A DNA stretch of 64,000 nucleotides from Narcine bancroftii (GCF_036971445.1 NC_091471.1:349494001-349558000), one strand, 5' to 3'. Numbered from the stretch's first letter, positions 13,331 through 26,005 are shown. Numbers and translations: made by a program. Notes: a model not told the origin generated them from the letters alone.

Positions 13331-14469
13331 TAGCAGCTACTTTCTTCCAGTAAGCAGGGAATGTTCAACACTTGGGGGGGGGGGGGGGGGGGGGGGAGGG
13401 GGGCAGGCAGCATCGACGGAGAGAGTTTCAGGTAGGTGAACCTTTATCATCACTGAATCCCCGGGTAGGGACTAATGCTGACGGTGGGGTGGGGGAGGGG
13501 GTGTTCACCATTTCACCTAATGCTGTTTTGTGATCATGTTTAGTGTTTGGAAGAACTGAGTGAGATCCACAGACCTGCCGATGTTAGCACACATGCTAAC
13601 TCCTCTCCTCCAAACCCCCCCAGCCTCACATCAACGCCTGTCTCCCAACCTAACCGTGAACTGACCATTTCATCCCTGGTCACTGCCCTGCTGAGGTCCT
13701 GTTCAGGCAGACCAAACCACCTCCTGTCTGAACTGCCGCCCCATCTCTCCCTCCTTCCCACCACCACCTCCCCTCCTCCCCCCACCTCTCTCCCTCCTTA
13801 TTCCCACCACTCCTCACTCCCCTCCTTCCCACCATCCCTCCATCCTCCCCTCACCCCTCCTCTCATTCCCACCCAACCTCTCCCTCCTTCCTTCCCTCAT
13901 TCCCCCTTTCCCTCATTCCCCCTTTCCCTCATTCCCCCACCATTCCCTCCTTCCTTTTCTTTCCCTCCTTCTTTCCATTTCCACCACCTCTCTTCCCTCA
14001 TCCCCACCCCTTGCCTCTGCCTTCCCATCCCCTGAATGGTCAAATAGGCAGAGATCAGTACTGGAGATTTTATATGGATGTTCCAAGTTCAAGTACTGTC
14101 AATGTAAAAACACATGTGGCCAGAAGACTGGTGAGGGTTTTTTTAATTACCATCTACATTTAAAGTTGCGTTAATTGAAACTTCAAAGTTATTCTGGATT
14201 TCAAAGACTTTCCATCACCTCTAATGTGTGTGTGTGTGGGGGGGGGGGGGCGGGGGGGGAGAGGGGGGGCGGGGGGGGAGGGGGGGGGCGGGGGGGAGGG
14301 GGGAATGTGTGCATCGTGCTGAGGAGTGGGGACACCTCACATGGATTTCGCCTGTGTTAACTGAGGCCTGTTCTGGTCCCTCACTTCATTCTGACTCTCC
14401 ACTGGGTCGATCAGCTCAATCTCTGTATCCTACTGTCCTGAGGCATCTGTTTGGTTCCCATCCCTTCCC

Positions 14470-14900
14470 CCACCATCCCCTCTCCCACTCCTCCCCCGCC
14501 TCTCCACCTCCCCTCTCATCCCCCTCCACCTCCCCTCTCATCCCCTCTCCACCTCCCCTCTCATTCCCTCTCCCAACCGCCATCTCCCTCTCTTCCACTT
14601 CCCCTCTCATCCCCCTCTCCACCTCCCTTCTCATCCCCCCTCTCCAGCACCCCTCTCATCCCCCTCTCCACCTCCCCTCTCATTCTCCCTCTCCACCTCC
14701 CCTCTCATTCCCCCTCTCCACCTCCCCTCTCATTCCCCCTCTCCACCTCCTCTCTCATTCCCCCTCTCCACCTCCCTTCTCATTCCCCCTCTCCACCTCC
14801 CTTCTCATTCCCCCTCTCCACCTCCCCTCTCATTCCCTCTCCCAACCGCCATTCTCCCTCCACCTCCCCTCTCATTCGATCTCCTCTCCTCCCTACACTT
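14470..14900. repeat. Polypyrimidine minisatellite, ~24-bp unit CTCCACCTCCCCTCTCATTCCCCC, in the npb intron
   Basis: Directly visible tandem copies. Confidence 0.85.
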
Positions 14901-15019
14901 TCACTTGCCCTCCCTCCATCTCTCCTCATTTTCCATACCTCCTCAACTCATTCCTTCCTTCCACCTGCTCACTCCCTCCCTCCCTGCACCTCTCACATCC
15001 CCTCCCTCCCCTCTCTCAC

Positions 15020-15285
15020 CAGGTTTTGGATGAACATCGCCGCTCTGCCTTGCCCCGTGGGCTCCGATATCACTCTGTTGTCGGCCAACTCTGCGCTTCG
15101 GTGGAAGGCGAGCGGCGGACGTAGGGCGAGCGGCGGATCCCGGACAGGAGTCCGGAGGCTCTGCCCACCGAGTAGTAGCTGGGTCCCGCGGCTTGCTTGT
15201 ACCACGCGTCGCCGGGGCTGGGCACCAGGATGGAGAGGAGCACACACAGGACGGTCAGCCTGAGCGACGTCTGGAGTGCAGGCAT
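15020..15285 (-). CDS. npb: Neuropeptide B precursor, exon 1 (signal peptide, mature NPB29, dibasic RR)
   Basis: [58 protein letters not shown]; donor GTGAG at 15019; TATA-like TATTTAA at 15381-15375. Confidence 0.95.
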
Positions 15286-16299
15286 GTTTCTGTCCGAGTC
15301 TGCACCGTGTCCGGCCCGCAGTCTGCGCTCTGCCCGGCAAGAGCTGGCAACTGCAAACTTTCAACTCAGCCCCCTTAAATAATGACCATGGCTCCTGTCC
15401 CCCTCGTCTCCGTCACACGCACGCACCTAGAGAAAGCACACCCCCATCGTGTGAGCGGCGGGCAACTCACCCTGAATCATCGTGTTCCCCCTTCCCCTCC
15501 TCCATCTGCCCACCTCCCAGCCCCTGTCCCACGCCCCCTCCTCCATCTGCCCACCTCCCATCCCCTGTCCCTCTCCTCGGCCCTTCCTCTCCCCACCGCT
15601 TCTCAGCCCCTGTCCCTCGCCCCTGTCCATCACCTCCCTGTTCCACCCCTCACCAGCTGCCCATCACCTTCTATCCCGTCCCTCCCCTCAACCCCTCCTC
15701 GATCTTCCAATAACCCATCACCTCTCAGCCCCCTCCTCCATCTGCCCACCACCCCCCATCTTGCCTGGTTCCACCCATCACTTCCCAGTCCCTTACCCCC
15801 TCCTCATCTACCTATCACCCCCCCCTCCCCACCTCACCTGGTTACACCTATCACCTCCCAGCCCTTGATGCACTCTTCCCTCTCACCTAGTTGTCCTGGC
15901 CATCTCAGTCTTGAAGCAGGGTCCTGACCTGAGATGGCGACCATCACTCTGCCTCCAGAGATGCCGCTATTCAGTTTTGTTTCTTTCACTCCAGATTGGT
16001 TCAGAGACCCTGAGTGGATCCTGCTACCTCCATGGTCACGTGGCTTTGCTTCCAGCAGGGAGACCCAAGATACACCTCATCGACGCAAGTACATGAGGAG
16101 TGGTGAGTTTACTGGACTGTGTACCCTAGGGAGGGGTAGCATCTGAGATGAACTGAGTGGAATGGGGAAGAGAGGTGATGGTTGGCAAAGACTCGGTCCA
16201 CACGAGAAACTTTATGGTTGTAGTTGCTGAACTCAAGGAGGGGAAAATGGAATTCCAGAACAATTGAAAAAGAGGAAATGTCATTTGTTTTTCGTGGAT

Positions 16300-17525
16300 T
16301 CGTAGATTATAAATCCCCAGCATATAGAGAGATCTATTCCAGGCCCTTTGGTGTGTAAGGGAGATTTCTAGGTCTCTGATCGATTTTCACTGGCAGCAGG
16401 AGAAGTGCCACAAAGACACCAGATGTAAAGTCTTTATTCACAAAGGGCAGCAGGAAAAAGCCAGGGACCTGTAACCTGTAGGTCTGACACTAGTGGTTGG
16501 GAAATCTTTGGTAAAGATCCAGACTGACAGGATTAATGTACATTTGGAGAGGACGGGGTTAATCAGTGATCATTGGCATGGTTCAGATTCAGTCTCATTT
16601 TAATTCTTCAAGGGGGTGATAAAGGGTGTCAGTCAAGGTCTTTAGACCTTGGACAAGTTCCTACACGGGAGACTGGTCCAAAAAGGCAAGAGCCCATGGC
16701 AACCAGGGCAAAACTAGATTGGTCTTGGATGGCAAAGAGCGATGGGTGAGGTTTTATTGTGATTGGAAGCTTCTGACGGATGGAGTATTACAGGGATGGA
16801 TCCTGGGACTCTTGCTGCTTGATACCTGGACGACAACATGAGCCCAAATATACACCCTACATCTGGGTAAGAATGTAAAAGACATGATCAATAAGTTTGG
16901 TGCTGCCAATAAAGGGAAGTCTTCAGTTGCAGATGATATTGATCTGTTGGTAAGGTGACAGGGCAATATGTTGCAGGAGGAATATTAGGGATATGGACAC
17001 CCTCAGGGTGTACAATGACAGAAGTGAATACCTCCACTTCAGTGGAAGTAATAAAATGCTGGGTACTTTTCAAACAATGATAGGGAAACATTGATGTTGA
17101 AGTGGTCATCGCTGCCCTTGCACACAAGTCCTGACAACATGACAGGAAGGCATGACAGTTAGCAAGGCAAACGAAACGTTGATGTTCTCACTAGAAATAT
17201 ACCACTGCAATTCTATATGGCAGTGGGAACAGTGCAAATTTGATTTTATGAACAAAAACGGATCTACTTGTATTGATGGACTGCAGATTGAGCAAAAATT
17301 GTCGCTGGAGCAGTTGGTCTATCAGACCAACAACTTTGAGTGGGTTAACCTCTATAGAATTTGGATGACAGGGCATGCCCTTGTGAAAGTGAGGTGATTC
17401 TCCAGTAGAAGAGCCAAGAAGCAGGGGCTACGTTTCGAAGTAAAGACTAATCATTTTGGAAAAGGACAAGGAGAAATTTCTTCATGCGGAGAATGCAGTG
17501 CTTTGGAATTCTCTAACCCCAGGGA
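16300..17525 (+). mobile_element. Highly decayed CR1 ORF2 fragments
   Basis: Remnant RT text such as CDWKLLTDGVLQGWILG and AGTTTG..GATGA, plus CR1 3' motifs. Confidence 0.55.
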
Positions 17526-18289
17526 GCCTCAGCTGTTGGTTTTTTGCTTCCAATTTGTTGCTAGTTCTCTGCCCTTAAGATTCTCATCCTTCAGATCACA
17601 GGAGTTAACATTTTCTCCTTTGGCTTTATTTCATTGCTAACTTCATCCACACTTCTGGGACACACTTCATCCTCCATCATCTACAAGTAGTAGATCAGTA
17701 GGAATCCCCTTTACTGTTCTGCCTCATCCCACCCCAGGCACTGTTATTCCAATTGAAGCCATTACCTTTTACTACTGTTAATTGGCATTATTCAGAATTT
17801 TACTTACATTTGTGTCCCTCATTTTTACTATTTTGTGGCTGGTAGTAAACTTCCAGCAATTTAACAATTCTTTATCAGTTTCAGTCTTTGATGTCTTATC
17901 TTCCCTGGGTGCGAATTTCAATCACAGACCTGGATTGTTGTTCCTGTCTTTTGTCCCTTCCCCACTGTTCTACACTACACGAAAACATGGTGCTGATGAG
18001 GGGAATGTTTAAGAGAAGTGACAAGGGATAGGGCAGGGTGCAGGAAAGGACAGATAACCACTTACACCAGGATTTCGAGTCAGAGTAGGGGAAAAACGAG
18101 ACAAAGACCAAACTGAGGGCATTTTATCAGAATTTGCCAAGCATTCATGGTGTGTGAGTTAATTACACAAGCAGAAACAAAAACGTAGAGGAATAAGATA
18201 CAGGAGCAGGGATGTGATGATGAGGCTTTACAAGGGATTAGTGAATTATTTAAGAAAGGATGCGTTGGCATCGGAGAGGGTTTGAAGAA

Positions 18290-18590
18290 GATTCACAATT
18301 CCTGGAATGATTAGCGTATGAGGAATGTTTGGAGGCTCTTGGACTGTACTCCTTGGAGTTCAGAAGAATAGGGGGACCTGAATGCAATTTGAATGTTGGA
18401 AGGCCTGGACAGAGTAGATGTGGCAAAGTAATTTTCCATGGTTGGGGAGTTGAGGACAAGAGGGTGCAACTCTTCAGGATCAGGGTGTCAAAGGTTATAA
18501 GGAATGGAGCAGAGTGGGAGGATGGATCAACTCATGATGGAATGGCAGGGCAGACGATGGGCTGAATGGCTTACTTTTGTATTTTATGGT
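18290..18590 (+). mobile_element. CR1 3' fragment
   Basis: EALGLYSLEFRRIGG plus GATGGGCTGAATGGC tail. Confidence 0.65.
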
Positions 18591-20599
18591 CATGATCTAA
18601 CATTCATAACTGAAACAGGATTGTAAAATGATCAAGCTTGTGGTTCAAATCTTAGGTAATTAATGTTTAGAAGAGATTAACAAAATGGGCTTCACCCTGA
18701 TGTCAATGAGGAGGAAAGGAGGCTGGAAGGGAAGGTCTAAACCTCACAAAATCTGGCAGAACTAGTTTGGGTGGAGCTGACAGCAAGGGGTGAAAGTTGC
18801 CCAAGCAGCAGAGGTAATTAAGGCATGGGAATATCAGGAAATCAGAAGCACAGATTTCCTGATAACAGAGGTTATCACGGGGACTTTGGTCTACTTGTAG
18901 ATTATATGGAGTGAAGAAGAAATGTCTTTTTTTTCCCCAGTATTCTGAAAAAGAAGGGAACCGACTTTTTTTTCCCACATCAAGTACTGGATTATGGAAA
19001 GGGGGGGAACTGATGATCTGGTATCAGGGAAATTACATCACATCAAGAAATTGATGTCGTTCAATCCAGAACGAGGCTCTTAATCTCAATAAAGAATGGG
19101 GTATGAGTTGGCAACGGCAGATTAGAACATCACACTGAAGGTACAAACAATCTATGAGTAAGGACTAATATTTGAAGAACTGATACATCGTTAAGTCATG
19201 CATATCGCTCTAAGGCAAAAAGAAATCGAACAGGAAAAGTGGTCCTGCCTCATCTAATAAATAGAAGTTAACGACAGTACTAGATTGAAAGGAAAAGATT
19301 TAAACTGTTGTAGAGCCTGATGAGAAATTGTCAGAAATCATCAGGGGAAAATAAACGAAATAGAACACAAGGAGACCAGCAAGAGGCAATAAAGCAGAGG
19401 GCACAAACCTCTGTGGATATATTAACCACACTTGATGTGAGCTCCTTAAAGCCTGAGACAGGAGGGATTATACTGGGGAACAAAGACATGGCAGAGAAAT
19501 GAAATATTTTGTCTCCATCTTCATACAGAAAGTCGAGGTTTTTGACAAAATGATGAGTATGATTGAGAATGAGAGGCGATAGATCAGTGCAAACTGATGC
19601 CTTTCTTAATAAATGATTAAAGAGATTGGTTCCAAATTGAGCATGATGGAGGGAGTGCAAAGTTCACTAGGCTGACTCCTGGGGTGATGCAGTGGTGATC
19701 TGAGGAGAGGTTAAGTAATCGGGACTGTAGTTCAAATTTAAAAAAGTAACAACGCTGGAGAAACTCAGCTGGACAAACAGTGCACTTCATGTGGCAAAGA
19801 TAAAGATACATAACCAATGTTTCGGGCTTGAGCCCTTCATCAAGGTGTGTATCAAGGACTGTAGTTCCCCATGTTTAATTGAAGATCCAAAGGTGAGCTG
19901 ACCTCTTAACTGGTTGTGAGGCTGACAAGGAAGGGTGAGATAAGGAAGGATTTGATTGAGCTTGTTCCGTTGCCAGTGCAGATCAACATGCACAGATGTG
20001 AGCCTTGTGCCTGGTGTCTCTTGTCTCAGTCCAAAGCTACTGCAGGAGGTCTGCACAACAGTGCTGTTACAGAGCCAGCGAGTGGGAATGGGGTTCAAAT
20101 CCCACGATGTCTGTAAGGAGTTTGTACATTCTCCCCCGTGTCTGTTGAGTTCCCCCCAGCTGTTCAAACTGTACCAAGGGTGTAGGTTAATTGGGGGTAT
20201 CTGGGCAGCATCTGGGCCAAAAGGGACTGTTATCATACTGTATGTCTAAATTTACTTTTTTGAAATAGCTAGAAATGATCCCAGTGCTTTGGCAAATGCC
20301 TCTGTCAACCACCATCGCCAAAACAGATTGCTACAATACTTTGTGACGTAGGAGCACATTCAACCAATAATTATTCTCAGAGCAATCCCCCTCCATTTCC
20401 CCAGCCACCTATTTTCCCTAGCCAAGTGGCTAATTAACCTGCCAACCCCCATGCCTTTGGAACATAGGAAGAAACTGGAGCATCCGATGGAAGTCGACTC
20501 CATCACGGGAGGAAACGTGCAGATAGTGGCAGAGGTTGGATTGGACCTGCATCACTGGAGCCCTTTCAGGCCAGAGCCCTTGATCGAGTTTCTCAAGCA

Positions 20600-20974
20600 C
20601 CGTGGTTCTCAACCTTTTTCTTTCCACTCACAAACCACTTTAAGTATTCCCTATGCCACGGGTACTCTGTGATTAGAACGGGATTGGTTAAGGTGGTAAG
20701 TCGGTGGAAAGAAAAAGTTTGAAACCTCTGTTTTAATAGCCCCCTAATTGACTCATTATGTGCACGTTTTCATAACTCCAAAGGAGATGGGCCAACGACA
20801 ATTTTTCTCAAGCAAAATATTTCAGTAACAATTGGGTCTAGAGCAGTGTTTCTCAACCTTCCCTTCCCACTCATGTACCACCTTAAGTAATCCTTTACTA
20901 ATTACAGAGCCCCGATGGCATAGAGATTACTTAAAGTGGGATGTGAGTGGAAAGAAAAAGGTTGAGAACCACTG
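20600..20974. mobile_element. Second, longer copy of the dimeric hAT/Charlie-like MITE
   Basis: Same TIRs and internal GGTCTAGAG junction as 11597-11909; followed by GTCTAGCT. Confidence 0.75.
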
Positions 20975-21859
20975 GTCTAGCTCCTCACTGTTTGTTCAGG
21001 ATTCCAGCATCTCCTTTTTGTGTTTCTCTGAACTTCCAAACTTGATCTTTTACATGTTAAAGGTTCCATTTTAATACAAGGTCCTAGTTTATACCAAGAA
21101 CCAGTTGCGACTCTAAAACACATACTCGTCAACAGTTCTGAGATGCGTGCTTACTAGTTAATTCAGGGAAGGTCTTGTATGCAGACGGTCGATGCTCATC
21201 GCTGCTGTATCCACTCTGTTGTCTTTGCAGCTTTTTGCTTTTGATGAGGAGCTGTTGCTCCCTCTACCTGTGGTTCTTTATAACGTCCTCATCTCGTTCC
21301 AGTTGAAACTGAGCCTTGTTTTCAGTGGGCTGTTTACAGGCTGAGAGCTGGGTGTGTGTAACCGGTGGCCCAGGATTGACAGCTGCAGGAGAGAAATCTT
21401 GCACTTGGTGTGCTGGGACAGGGAGAAGGTCCACTCTGGCCAGGAGGAAACAGCAGGCCTGGCGTTCAAGCAGCAGAAGAGAGAGGTTGCTCTAATCACA
21501 AAGTTATCAGGCAAGTGTTTGTTTGGGAGGAGTGGAATATTGGCCTTTACTGTAAGTGTGGGAGTTAAAGTAGAATTAAGCAGCATAGAAAAGGCTCTTC
21601 TAACTGCGTGAAAGAAAAATTCTTTTATTTCAAACATCTTTCATTCGATTCAAACCAAAAGCCAGCCTTTGAATGGATTGCAAATGGGAGATGGTCCCAG
21701 GAATCCTGGCCAAAATGTCTATTTTCCACTCCCCATCCAGGGACTCCGCAGAACAAATCAGTGTATTCACTGCACCATTCAGCCCATTGAGCCTGGTTAT
21801 TCCCCTCAAAACTATCCCATCAGTCTCATTCCACATCACCTTGTTCTTCCACCAAACCT

Positions 21860-22435
21860 TGGCTGTGTGGATAAAAAATTGGCCTGCATGTAGAAAGCAG
21901 GAAGTAATAGTAGAAGGAAAGCATTCTGCCTGGAGGTCAGTAACTAGTGGAGTTCTGTGATTTTTATAAATGACCTGATGGGTCAGTAAGTTGCTAGATG
22001 ATACGAGGGTTGGAGGAAGTTGTGCATGGAGCTGAAGGTTGTCTTGGGATACAAAAGGATATAGACAGGATGCAGAGTTGGGCGGAAAAGTGGCAGATGG
22101 AGTTCAATCTAGATACGTGTTAATTAATGCATTTTGGACAGCCAGCACCTTTTCCCTCAGGGCAGGAATAACAAACACCAGAGGTCATGTTTACAAAGTG
22201 AATGAAGGAAGTTTAGGGGAGACATCAGGGGTAAGTTTTTTTTTTACACACATGGATTTGTGGTGCGCTGGAATGCCTTGCCAGGGATGGTGGTGGAGGC
22301 TGAAACATTAGGGGCATTTAAGAGACTCTTAGACAAGGACATGGATGAAAGAAAACTAGAGGTAGGGAGGGTTTTGTACTTTTTTTCTAAAGGAATCTAT
22401 GGGTCGGCACAACATTGAGGGCTGTAGTGCTCTAT
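21860..22435 (+). mobile_element. CR1 fragment with internal deletion
   Basis: WIKNW...RKQEVIVEGKHSAWRSVTSGV; 3' part nearly identical to 1170-1465. Confidence 0.75.
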
Positions 22436-23023
22436 GGGGGTAGTTAACCCTACCTGCGTGTAACTGAGATGAGCAGGACCTTTGAGCACCCAAGGGAAAT
22501 TCACACAGTTGTAAGGACAGAGTATATTTAAAGTTGGGAGGGAGTTTAAAGGTGTGCAAGGCAGGTTTCTCTGTGTAGAGAGTGGTGGGTACCTAGGGTG
22601 TGGACATGGGTGGAGCTATTCTAACAAGCCAGAAGGCGCTGAGGGACACAAGCTATACGCCCGCAGATAGGATTAGCTGGATTGGTATCATGGCCAGGAT
22701 GGAAATGGTGGGCCGAAGGACCTGTTCCCAGCAAACAACAGAGATCAGGATTAAACCCACCTGGCTGTGAATCAGCATCACCAGGCAGGATGACAAGCAT
22801 CCAGAGTACTATAACATAGTTGGGGAACAATAGAGGTTGCTCCAGCATGTCCCCATAATAGGCAGGGTTTGTGTTCAGATTCCCTAACCAAAATTTTCCC
22901 TGCTATCCAAGTAAGATTGGTATCCTCTTCAATGTAAGAGTCCTTTACACAGGTCCATGGCTCCCACATCACATCTGGTTGTACAGTGGCTTGCACATTT
23001 ACACGTGCCCCTGTCCTCCCATG

Positions 23024-23593
23024 TCACAGTTCGTTGTACAGTGGCCTGCACTGAGGCTGCTGCTTGAACGACCCTGGTCTTCCAACACCCATCTGGGGCA
23101 CACACCCAGGGGTCATCGGTCAGCCACTGCCATTTCTTCAGTTGCCCCTTCATGTCCTCCAGCAGGTTCTTGTACTGGGGGTTAGAGGCGAGGTTGTGAG
23201 TCAGGGCTGGGTCAAACTGGGTGTCAAAGAGTTCCCACTGCTCCCTGTAGTAATACTGGTGCAGTGTCTTCTTCCAGTGGGTCGGAAGGCCAGAGTGGCT
23301 GCGGTTTAACAGGTCCTGGAAGGTGGGTGAAAGGTAAAAGTCCTGGTCGATGGGGAACGGCATCTTGAATTGAAGGTTGTGGACTAGTTGGTACTGGAGG
23401 TGATGAAGGGCCCTCATGGGGTAGTACATGGTGACCTCATGGTGACTCTGGCTGGCAAAGCTAGTTTGCCAGGGCTGTTCGGAGCTTAGTACCAGGAGAA
23501 TGGACTTGCCAGTAAGATGGACGATCTTCTTCCCTAAGATACTGTAGGTGGGGTAGGGGACAGAGAACCAGTCCAAGATCGTCGGCGTTATAT
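23024..23593 (-). CDS. sgsh: N-sulphoglucosamine sulphohydrolase (sulfamidase) exon 8; two apparent 1-bp deletions near the end
   Basis: (D)[14 protein letters not shown]...[15 protein letters not shown]...[19 protein letters not shown]...DPWVCAPDG; the corrected frame ends QCRPLYNEL* at 23024. Confidence 0.95.
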
Positions 23594-23704
23594 CTGCAGA
23601 AGCAAACAGTAAGATGATTTAATATTCTCTCTCTCCCACCTCCCATTGCTGCTTGGCTTTCTAGGGGTCCAGGAGGTTTGGCAGAGAGAGAGAGAGGCAG
23701 AAAG

Positions 23705-24395
23705 AACATTACGGCACTGCATAGGCCCTTCAGCCCCCCAATGATAGATGTGCCGACCTATATATTCCTACCAAAAAAGTACAAAACCCTTCCTACTCCA
23801 TAATCCTCTATTTGTCTTCCATCCGTAATGGCTAAGAGTCTCTTAAATGCCCTTAATATTTCAGCCTCCACCACCACCCCTGACAAGGCATTCCAGGCTC
23901 CCACAACTCTCTGTGTAAAAAACCAAACAACTTATCCCTGATGTCCCTCCAGAATCTTTCCTCCCTCACCCTATACAGATTTCCTCTGGCTGTTTGCCAT
24001 TCCTGCTCCAGGGAAAAAGGCACTGGCTGTCCACCCCCACCCTATCTATGCCTCTCAGAATCTTGTAGACCTCTATTATCCTCTCATCCTTCTACAATCC
24101 AAAGAGAAAAGCCCCAGCTCTGCTAACCTTGCTTCACAAGACTTATTTCCCAATCCAGGCAACATCCTGGTAAATCTCCCCTTCACCCTCTCCATAGCTT
24201 CCACATCCAGAACTGAACACAATACTCCAAGTGTGGTTTCACCAGGGATTAAAAGAGTTTCAATATCACCTCACCACTCTTGAAATCAATCCCCCGACTA
24301 ATTAAACCCAGCATCCCACAGGCTGCCTTAACTACCCTGTCACCCGCAGCAACCTTGAGAGATGTATAGATTTGGATCCCCAAGTTCCTCTGTTC
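23705..24395 (-). mobile_element. CR1 3' fragment in sgsh intron 7
   Basis: Reverse complement is similar to the CR1 copies at 830-1468 and 21860-22435. Confidence 0.7.
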
Positions 24396-25425
24396 TTCCA
24401 CAGTGGTAAGTATCTATCCATTAACCTGTTCGGGCTTGCTGACCACACATCCTCCACCCCCTCCCCCCACACTTCCCCTCCAAACCATAGCACTCCATCA
24501 TCCCCCAACCCCAGACCTCCACTCACCACACCACTACCCCCCCACTCCCCTCCCCACCACTCACCCAACCCCTCCCAAACTCCCCATCTACCCACCCCTC
24601 TCATCTTCCCTCACCCCTGCCAAACTCCCCCTCCTCCACTCCCCCAAACACCCCTTCCCCAACACTCTGCCAACCCCCCCCACATGCCCTCCACCCCTTC
24701 CCCAACCCCCACCTTTCATCGAACCCACTCTCCACCCCAGGCCAATGCCTCCTCCCCCACGATCCACTCACCTTCCACCCCCCTTACCCGCTCCACCCAC
24801 ATCACCCACCCCCTTACCCGCTCCACCCACCCCCTTACCCGCTCCACCCACATCACCCATCCCCCAACCTTCCCCACCCCACCTCTGCCCCACCTCCTTA
24901 CTGCCCCTACCCTCTCTACCCCTCCATCCACCCCCACCCACCCTCTCGTCCACCATGCCCCACCCTCACCTGCTCTAACCCACACCTACCATCCCCCTCC
25001 ACTCCCCACTCCACCACACCCTAACCCACCCTCCTCCACCCCCCTAATCTTGCCCACCATGCCCCCACTCTCCCCCTCCATCCCTCATTTCCCTCACTCC
25101 TCCACCTCCATCCCCCCCCCCCCCCCTTTCAGGTAGGCTGCAGAGACCTCTGGATCCTGTGTGGTTCAGTGGGCAGAGCGATATCTGTCAGACTGGAGGT
25201 TGTGGGTTCAGGTCTCGCGCTGGGAGTTTGCACTCAGTCCTGTGTTGATAGCACAGTGAAATCCTGCCCTGTTGGTGGAGGCCCTGGATATGCGAGCACG
25301 AGGGAACTAGTCCAGGCTCTCCTGCTCTGCACAGCCTGAATGGTGCATTCACCAAGCAAAAGCAGCCCAGAGGACACCAGGCCTTCCTGCTCTATTGTCC
25401 CCCGATGCTCTGAGCCATATCATAC

Positions 25426-25632
25426 CAAGCAAGCTGACAAAGGAGTGGCTGACGTGACCCCAGCGCTCAGGGTGATCTGGAGAGTGAACCAGCATTGGCT
25501 CAGCAATTCCCGGCCGGTACAGGTTGGTCCTGCCGTTGGGGTAAGGGGTATTCCGTTGTCCTGAACTGTAGATCACCAGTGTGTCCTCGGTGTGACCAGC
25601 CTCTGCCAGCTCCTTCAGCACCAGCCCAATCC
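25426..25632 (-). CDS. sgsh: Sulfamidase exon 7 (207 nt; three apparent extra bases)
   Basis: [24 protein letters not shown]...[38 protein letters not shown]; AG/GT borders. Confidence 0.93.
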
Positions 25633-25749
25633 CTGCAGGAAAAGGATAATGGTCAGGAGGAGGCCACTCGGCCCATACTGTCGAGTATTTTATACAGCCT
25701 GCAGACCCACTCCCAGAACCCCTCCCCCCCAAAGTGTGCTGTGAACAAC

Positions 25750-25923
25750 CCTGGTCTAGACAGCTGACGGGGGTGTACCATGAATTACCGTGATCTAGAT
25801 GGCTGACAGGGGCATGCCATGAACTTAAACTGATCTAGACGGCAGTGTACAAAGCTTACTCTGGTCTCGATGGTGACGTGCCATAACCTTACCTTGGTCT
25901 AGATGGTGATATACCGAGCTTAC
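25750..25923. repeat. Degenerate tandem copies of the sgsh exon 6 end plus splice donor
   Basis: About 5 units of ~30-40 bp containing (C)TTACCxTGGTCTAGAyGG. Confidence 0.75.
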
Positions 25924-26005
25924 CCTGGTCTAGACGGCTGATGGTGGTGTATTGTGCGGCCAGATCAGCGCGGGATGCTGGTGTGTCAGGCAGGAATGGA
26001 GGGAC
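25924..26005 (-). CDS. sgsh: Sulfamidase exon 6 (82 nt)
   Basis: [27 protein letters not shown](G); cag/gtaag borders. Confidence 0.95.

Noticed and set aside
13374-13404. Long G homopolymers (also 14237-14303, 26317-26355)
   Set aside because: Simple repeats whose lengths are unreliable in this assembly
15070-15072. Selenocysteine or programmed readthrough of the npb TGA
   Set aside because: Family similarity lies in the shifted frame, not the readthrough frame; no SECIS was recognised; similar indels occur in the neighbouring sgsh
13547-15927. Long Pro/Ser/Leu-rich ORFs (also 24372-25136, 34627-35213, 51038-51391)
   Set aside because: Low-complexity polypyrimidine or polypurine tracts that lack stop codons by composition
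22929-23090. Extended novel C-terminus of SGSH in the ORF track ([10 protein letters not shown]...)
   Set aside because: Arises from apparent 1-bp deletions; the conserved end QCRPLYNEL* is present in another frame
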